From Candidatus Poribacteria bacterium (lineage in GTDB: Bacteria; Poribacteria; WGA-4E; WGA-3G): a stretch of DNA of 64,000 bases. Shown here piece by piece: positions 58,796 to 64,000 of this stretch (the first letter of the stretch is position 1; each line of letters begins with the position of its first letter). The stretch lies in NCBI GenBank assembly GCA_964291315.2, contig OZ219752.1, positions 96,001 to 160,000 of the forward strand, read 5' to 3'. Made by a program: the position numbers and the translations under genes. Below the pieces are notes generated by a model. It searched no databases. It saw only the letters and a program-made list of their open reading frames with translations, and was not told the DNA's origin.

Positions 58796-60034
58796 ATGTA
58801 TAGGAAAATTTTCGGATTAGGGTTAACATGTCTCGTGGCTCTTTTTGCCATAACATTGGCAAACACTGCTGATGCCCAAGACAAAATCACAGGTCCTTGG
58901 CTTTGGATAATTGCTCCGACGGAAGCCAATGAAGGCGGAGCAAACTCTACCGATATCGATTCACTTGCTGAAGCCAGCGGCGGCGCTGTTACCGAAGACA
59001 TGGTCGCTGCAAACGGCGCTAATGAAGGTGATATGGTGGGAGACTTAGCGTGGACGCTCGGTGAGATTGCCGATACGGGTGGCAACAATGTCAACGATCT
59101 CGTCAATGAACTCGGTTTCGGCGAAGGCGATGTCAATGACCATTCATCTTATGCCCTAATTACGCTTGAGTCTGATAGTGATCAAGCCGGCGTAGATATG
59201 AAAGTCGGTAGTGATGACTCTATCAAGGTTTGGCTCAACGGCGAAGTCGTTCATACCAATGCAGTTAACCGGGGAGCTGGTGATTTTATAGATACCTTTG
59301 CGGTCGACCTGATGGCAGGTGATAACACCTTACTAGTCAAAGTAGGTGAACGCGGTGGTGGTTGGAGCATGTTCGTCGGTATCGATGCAGATGTGAACGC
59401 AGTCTATAAGCCGTTCGCTGCTCCCGTAAGTGGAAAAATCACAGGTCCTTGGCTTTGGATGATTGCTCCGACGGAAGCCAATGAAGGCGGAGCAAACTCT
59501 ACCGACATCGATTCACTCGCTGAAGCTAGCGGCGGCGCTGTTACCGAAGACATGGTCGCTGCAAACGGCGCCAATGCAGGTGATATGGTGGGAGACTTAG
59601 CATGGACCCCGGGTGAGATTGCTGATACAGGCGGCAACAACGCCAACGATCTCGTCAATGAACTCGGTTTCGGCGAAGGCGATGTCAATGACCATTCGCT
59701 TTACGGCTTGATCATCCTGGATGCCCCTGAAGATCAGAGCGGCGTAGATATGAAAGTCGGTAGTGATGACTCTGTCAAGGTCTGGCTCAACGGTGAAGTC
59801 GTTCATACCAATGCAGTTAACCGGGGAGCTGGCGACTTTCTAGATACCTTTTCAGTCGACCTGATGGCAGGTCCTAACATTCTGTTAGTGAAAGTCAGTG
59901 AACGGGGTGGCGGTTGGAGCATGTTCGCCGGTGTCGGTGGTATGTGGGATATCCGCATCGGTGAGTATGGTCCAGTTTCTGTCGAACCCGTTGGTAAACT
60001 CTTCACCACCTGGGGAAGTTTGAAAGCGAAATAA
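58796..60034 (+). CDS. secreted acidic protein with two tandem GSDD-motif domains and C-terminal KLxxxW tail
   Basis: Signal peptide, two near-identical domains at 184-aa spacing; ends VEPVGKLFTTWGSLKAK. Confidence 0.88.
   Translation: MYRKIFGLGLTCLVALFAITLANTADAQDKITGPWLWIIAPTEANEGGANSTDIDSLAEASGGAVTEDMVAANGANEGDMVGDLAWTLGEIADTGGNNVNDLVNELGFGEGDVNDHSSYALITLESDSDQAGVDMKVGSDDSIKVWLNGEVVHTNAVNRGAGDFIDTFAVDLMAGDNTLLVKVGERGGGWSMFVGIDADVNAVYKPFAAPVSGKITGPWLWMIAPTEANEGGANSTDIDSLAEASGGAVTEDMVAANGANAGDMVGDLAWTPGEIADTGGNNANDLVNELGFGEGDVNDHSLYGLIILDAPEDQSGVDMKVGSDDSVKVWLNGEVVHTNAVNRGAGDFLDTFSVDLMAGPNILLVKVSERGGGWSMFAGVGGMWDIRIGEYGPVSVEPVGKLFTTWGSLKAK
58883..59936 (+). repeat. intragenic direct repeat, ~500-bp units, 552-bp period
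   Basis: Units start AAAATCACAGGTCCTTGGCTTTGGAT at 58883 and 59435; long identical runs. Confidence 0.95.
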
Positions 60035-60042
60035 TATCTCAT

Positions 60043-60120
60043 TCAGTGGCGAAGGTTTCGCCACTGATGTACATAACATAAAGGACACCGCTAAACTGCA
60101 TTGGCGGTGTCCTTTTCTTT
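60043..60120 (+). terminator. double hairpin, intrinsic terminator
   Basis: TCAGTGGCGAA-GGT-TTCGCCACTGA then AAAGGACACCGCTAA..TTGGCGGTGTCCTTT followed by a T-tract, between convergent genes. Confidence 0.8.
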
Positions 60121-60133
60121 TGAGCAAATGTAT

Positions 60134-60985
60134 CTATCGTCCCATCAGTTCCATAAAGATAGGAAGAGATTCTCTGAACCCGTCCTCGCGAGTACCGTCA
60201 ATTGGGGTATAGACGCTCTCTAAAGAGATCGCCCCTTCGTATCCATCTCTATCCAAAGCGTCTACGATGTCCTTGTAGTAAGGATCCATCTGTCCTTGGC
60301 GCATTTTACAGAAATCAAAAGTCGCTGCTGGCAAATTCACAACGCCATCTTTGAGATGTACGTGCGCGATATGCTCACGGATAGCCTCATAACCGTCGGG
60401 ATACGGTACTTCAGTACAATAAAGAGAGCTGCAAGGATCCCAGAGTACTTTCAGATGTGGTGCGTCTAATTCGTCAATCAATTTTCTCGCGAGGAGCGCC
60501 GATGTCACGTTGCCTGAGATCGCTGTTTCAATGACAAGCGTGATACCTGCGTTATCAGCGATTTGCAACGGTTCTTCCAACCGTTTTAGCAGCAGCGACC
60601 ATGCCCCATCGGAAATAATCGGTTCGGCTCCAAAGAGCACCATCTCTTTCCGGAAGCTGAAAATCCGGACCAAGTTCGTACCAACAGCTTGTGCAACATC
60701 AATACACCGTCGTAAGGTTTTAATGTGTGAACGATATAGAGCATCGACTACAGATGTGTTAATGGGGATTGCAGACAAGTTGTGATGCGAAATACAGGAC
60801 ACCTTTAAATTTCGTTCCGCGATTAAGCTCTTGACCCGTTTGAGGTCCCCTTCTGTCAGGTCGCCGACCTGTTTTTCCCAGAGGTATTGTAATTCAACGT
60901 ATTCCAAGCCGGTCTCTACCATGACATCCAAGGCGTACTCAAAGTCTCGGCTGATTCCGTCTGTGATAGTTCCCAGTTTGTGCAT
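60134..60985 (-). CDS. sugar phosphate isomerase/epimerase (xylose isomerase-like TIM barrel)
   Basis: LVIET, LWDP, HVHLKD, ISLE metal ligands; start trimmed to ATG 60985. Confidence 0.88.
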   Translation of the reverse strand: MHKLGTITDGISRDFEYALDVMVETGLEYVELQYLWEKQVGDLTEGDLKRVKSLIAERNLKVSCISHHNLSAIPINTSVVDALYRSHIKTLRRCIDVAQAVGTNLVRIFSFRKEMVLFGAEPIISDGAWSLLLKRLEEPLQIADNAGITLVIETAISGNVTSALLARKLIDELDAPHLKVLWDPCSSLYCTEVPYPDGYEAIREHIAHVHLKDGVVNLPAATFDFCKMRQGQMDPYYKDIVDALDRDGYEGAISLESVYTPIDGTREDGFRESLPIFMELMGR

Positions 60986-61061
60986 TGATTTCCTCCGTAT
61001 TTCTATTTCAGCGCGGGATTCAAAGCGCGAAGTAGTGTTCTCACGATAATCATGGGCACAA

Positions 61062-61955
61062 TTATTCTGTCTTTTTGATTTCAATACCCGCGATGTTCTC
61101 TAAAATTTTGATAATAGTCCAATTATCTTCATCGGGGTTTACTGCTTTCCCCGCTTGAAATAGTTCAAAAGCGGCGCTCGCTGTAAAGAGTGGCACTCCA
61201 CAATCGTTTGCCATGTTCTTCGCGAGGCTCAGGTCTTTATACATTGTACCAATATTGCTCTGCCCTTTGAAGTTACGCGTCAAAATATTTTCTGTTGTGT
61301 CTCTAAAGAGAAAATTCCCCACGACGCTCGTATTGACAACATCCCGCAGCATTTCGGGTTTGACCCCGGCTTTTACTGCTAACGTTAGTGCCTCGAAAAT
61401 ACCCGCATAAGTTGTGCCTATTAGTACAGCAAGTGCTGACTTGACGGTTTGCCCCATCCCAACTTCTTCGCCGACGTGGTAAATATCACGTCCTACCGCT
61501 TCAAGTAATGGTTTCGATGCTTCAAAGGTTTCCTTTGGTGCCGACACCATCATTGTGAGGGTCCCTGCCGCTGCACCGGGAGCACCCCCGCTGACAGGTG
61601 CATCAACCATATGAACCCCTTTTGCTCTCATGAGTTCAGCGATCTCCATGACCTGTGAACGTCCAATAGTCGCAGTACAAATGACTGTGGCTCCCGGCTT
61701 AAGCCCCGCCAGCAACCCGCCTTCTCCCAAGAGCACATCTTTCACCTGTTCAACATTCAACACCATCACAAAGATGTGGTCTGCGGCGGTACCAACTTCA
61801 CGTGGTGAACCAGCAACATGAGCACCTTCTTTTGCCAGCACCTCTAGCGGTTCCGGACGGACATCGTAAACAGTGAGCGTGTGCCCCGCTTTTAGCACGT
61901 TTCTTGACATACCTACACCCATGTTCCCAACGCCGATTAGTCCAACTTTAGCCAT
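61062..61955 (-). CDS. NAD(P)-dependent beta-hydroxyacid dehydrogenase (3-hydroxyisobutyrate/threonate dehydrogenase family)
   Basis: GLIGVGNMG, DAPVSGG, GQTVK, KDL. Confidence 0.92.
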   Translation of the reverse strand: MAKVGLIGVGNMGVGMSRNVLKAGHTLTVYDVRPEPLEVLAKEGAHVAGSPREVGTAADHIFVMVLNVEQVKDVLLGEGGLLAGLKPGATVICTATIGRSQVMEIAELMRAKGVHMVDAPVSGGAPGAAAGTLTMMVSAPKETFEASKPLLEAVGRDIYHVGEEVGMGQTVKSALAVLIGTTYAGIFEALTLAVKAGVKPEMLRDVVNTSVVGNFLFRDTTENILTRNFKGQSNIGTMYKDLSLAKNMANDCGVPLFTASAAFELFQAGKAVNPDEDNWTIIKILENIAGIEIKKTE

Positions 61956-62184
61956 AAATTACCTCAATGGTCTCCTATAAGAATTGTTGCGCAGCTACGC
62001 TTACAAGGTATTTTTGGTAAACGAAGCGCGTCTGCTGCGATCTCACTAACATGCCCCCAAAGTTTAGCAGAGGTTTTTAGAAGTGTCAATTAATTTTTCC
62101 ACACCTTGCTAAATTTTCACACACTTTTTTTGTCTTGTGCTAAAATATAGCATTCAATATGAAAGAGTAAGGAGCTAGAAAATA

Positions 62185-63213
62185 ATGGCAGATACCATTA
62201 GAGGCGCCGTCATCGGGTATGGAGCAGCATTTAATATGGGCAAAGCCCACGCAAATATGATGCAACACACCGACGGCATTGAATGTGTCGCTGTCTGCGA
62301 CATCGATCCAGAAAGAACAGCAGCAGCAAAAGAGGATTTTCCCGGAATCCGCACCTATAATAGCGTCGACGAACTCAACGCCGACGAAGGGGTAAATATC
62401 ATCGCAAATGTCCTACCCCATAGTTTCCACTGTAGCACAACCGTCAAAAGCCTCAAGGCTGGAAAACATGTTATCGTTGAAAAACCGATGTGTGTCACCA
62501 CCGTGGAAGCCACCGAGATGATCAGCACCGCCGAAGAAAACGGCGTTACGCTATCTGTTCACCACAACCGACGCTGGGACGCCGACTTCTGGACACTCCG
62601 CGAACTTGTCCACTCGGGTATCATTGGTAAGATTTTCAACGTCGAAATGTGGGGGGGCGGCTACGGTAAACCCGATCCGAATTGGTGGCGTAGCGTCAAA
62701 TCCATCTCCGGCGGGCAATTCTACGACTGGGGCGCACATTACCTCGATTGGCTACTCAATGTCCTTGATACACCGATGATCAACGTCACCGGCTTCTATC
62801 AACCGAATCTCGTCTGGGACGATATTACCAACGAGGACCACGTCCAAGCGATTATTCGTTTCGCCGGTGGAGAAGTTGTAGCAGACGGGGCGATGGCAAA
62901 CGTCCAGATGTCTAACATCGCTAAAATCGGAGGCCCGCGCTGGAAACTCCTCGGTTCTCACGGCGCGATTATTTCTGAAAATGGGGCCTTTAAAGTGCAG
63001 TCTGAAGTCAAGGGTAAGCCCAAAGAACAGACAGTCAGCTACCACGGCAGACCGGGGCCAAGTTACTATGAAAATATCGTCGCACATTTAAACGACGGCA
63101 CCCCTCTAATTGTGACACCAGAATCCGCTCGGCGTGTTATCGCTATAATGGACCTGGCGGAAAAATCTGCTAAGACGCACCAAGCAGAAACGGTACCTTA
63201 CGAGTTTGAGTAG
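62185..63213 (+). CDS. Gfo/Idh/MocA family oxidoreductase
   Basis: VIGYG, GKHVIVEKP, HNRRWDADF, GGQFYDWGAH. Confidence 0.93.
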   Translation: MADTIRGAVIGYGAAFNMGKAHANMMQHTDGIECVAVCDIDPERTAAAKEDFPGIRTYNSVDELNADEGVNIIANVLPHSFHCSTTVKSLKAGKHVIVEKPMCVTTVEATEMISTAEENGVTLSVHHNRRWDADFWTLRELVHSGIIGKIFNVEMWGGGYGKPDPNWWRSVKSISGGQFYDWGAHYLDWLLNVLDTPMINVTGFYQPNLVWDDITNEDHVQAIIRFAGGEVVADGAMANVQMSNIAKIGGPRWKLLGSHGAIISENGAFKVQSEVKGKPKEQTVSYHGRPGPSYYENIVAHLNDGTPLIVTPESARRVIAIMDLAEKSAKTHQAETVPYEFE

Positions 63214-63240
63214 TACCTTTTTATAAACGACGGACTTTAA

Positions 63241-64000
63241 ATGAAAGTTATTGTTTTCGAAAAAATTCAGCAATTACGTGTGCGCGAAGTGCCTATTCCT
63301 ACTCTCACTGCCGGCGATGTGCTTATTCAGATGGAGCTGTGCGGGATATGCGCTTCCGACCTCGCCGCCCTCCGCGGAGATGTGTCCGATTACACGCCCC
63401 CCGTCGTCATGGGCCATGAGCTCGCGGGTGTGGTTGTAGAGAGCCGACATCCGGATGTCAAGACCGGTGAACGTGTTACCGTCAACCCGATGCTTTCCTG
63501 CGGGGCATGCACAGAATGTCAGAATGATCTTGACAAGTACTGCAATAGCATCGAAGGTATCGGACACGATGTAGATGGTGGCTACGCCGAATACATGCGT
63601 ATGCCGAAACACGGCGTAGATACTGGAAAACTGATCCGAGTCCCAGACAGCATTCCATATGAAGAATTACTGTTCTTAGAACCGTTGGGATGCTGTCTAA
63701 ATGCTATGCGCGAAACCCTTTTCAAAGACTCCGTTGCTATCCTCGGTGCAGGTCCTATCGGGCTAATGTTCACCCAACTCGCAAAACGAGCAGGTTTAGC
63801 CACTTATGTGCTAGACCCGTTACCACACCGCAGAAGGATAGCAGAAATGCTCAATGCCGACCAAGCTTTTGAACCGTCGCGTGAAGCTATCGCAGCACTC
63901 CAAGACCTCACCCGTGGCGGGGTTGATACCGTCATCTCCGCAACGACTAACAACGCCTCGGCAATTGCACTCGCTTTTAAGATTGTACGTAGAGGCGGTT
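63241..64000 (+). CDS. zinc-dependent alcohol/polyol dehydrogenase (runs off window edge)
   Basis: Not in the ORF track; translated manually: MKVIVFEK...CGICASD...MGHELAG...CGACTEC...C...GAGPIG. Confidence 0.92.
   Translation, partial: MKVIVFEKIQQLRVREVPIPTLTAGDVLIQMELCGICASDLAALRGDVSDYTPPVVMGHELAGVVVESRHPDVKTGERVTVNPMLSCGACTECQNDLDKYCNSIEGIGHDVDGGYAEYMRMPKHGVDTGKLIRVPDSIPYEELLFLEPLGCCLNAMRETLFKDSVAILGAGPIGLMFTQLAKRAGLATYVLDPLPHRRRIAEMLNADQAFEPSREAIAALQDLTRGGVDTVISATTNNASAIALAFKIVRRGG

Noticed and set aside
58883-59936. Near-identical repeat pair as DGR template and variable regions
   Set aside because: Both copies are in-frame coding domains, differences are not adenine-specific, and no reverse transcriptase is in the window

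Overview
Gene-dense chromosomal window of a diderm bacterium. The protein repertoire (LamG protein with a KLxxxW tail, PhyH, sulfatase, several Gfo/Idh/MocA oxidoreductases, TonB-dependent receptors, HEAT repeats) suggests Candidatus Poribacteria; this is inference only. Contents in order: a truncated nuoA-B-C-D-H operon with no nuoEFG at this locus; purF/purM followed by a stand-alone FliG-like gene; a TonB/DUF5916/two-TBDR cluster; a Type III restriction-modification pair and two orphan DNA methyltransferases; argG; MoxR/vWA/sulfatase genes; a variant cytochrome c maturation cluster (Cys-type CcmE, CcmF, Cys-rich CcmH-like, two CcmI-like proteins, two HEAT proteins, CcmAB) interrupted by a 2-oxoacid:ferredoxin oxidoreductase; eno-ftsB; rfbB; and sugar-catabolic dehydrogenases. 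No rRNA, tRNA, CRISPR array, transposase or integrase was recognised. The best candidate for an undescribed system is a C-terminal motif V(D/E)PxxKLxxxWxx(V/I/L)K shared by three secreted proteins of two unrelated domain types, which looks like a lineage-specific sorting or secretion signal. Other notable items are GTAG-type REP-like hairpins, inverted heptamer arrays overlapping stop codons, several structured intergenic elements, and a recent intragenic domain duplication with signs of gene conversion. All family calls come from motif recognition by eye; no searches were run.
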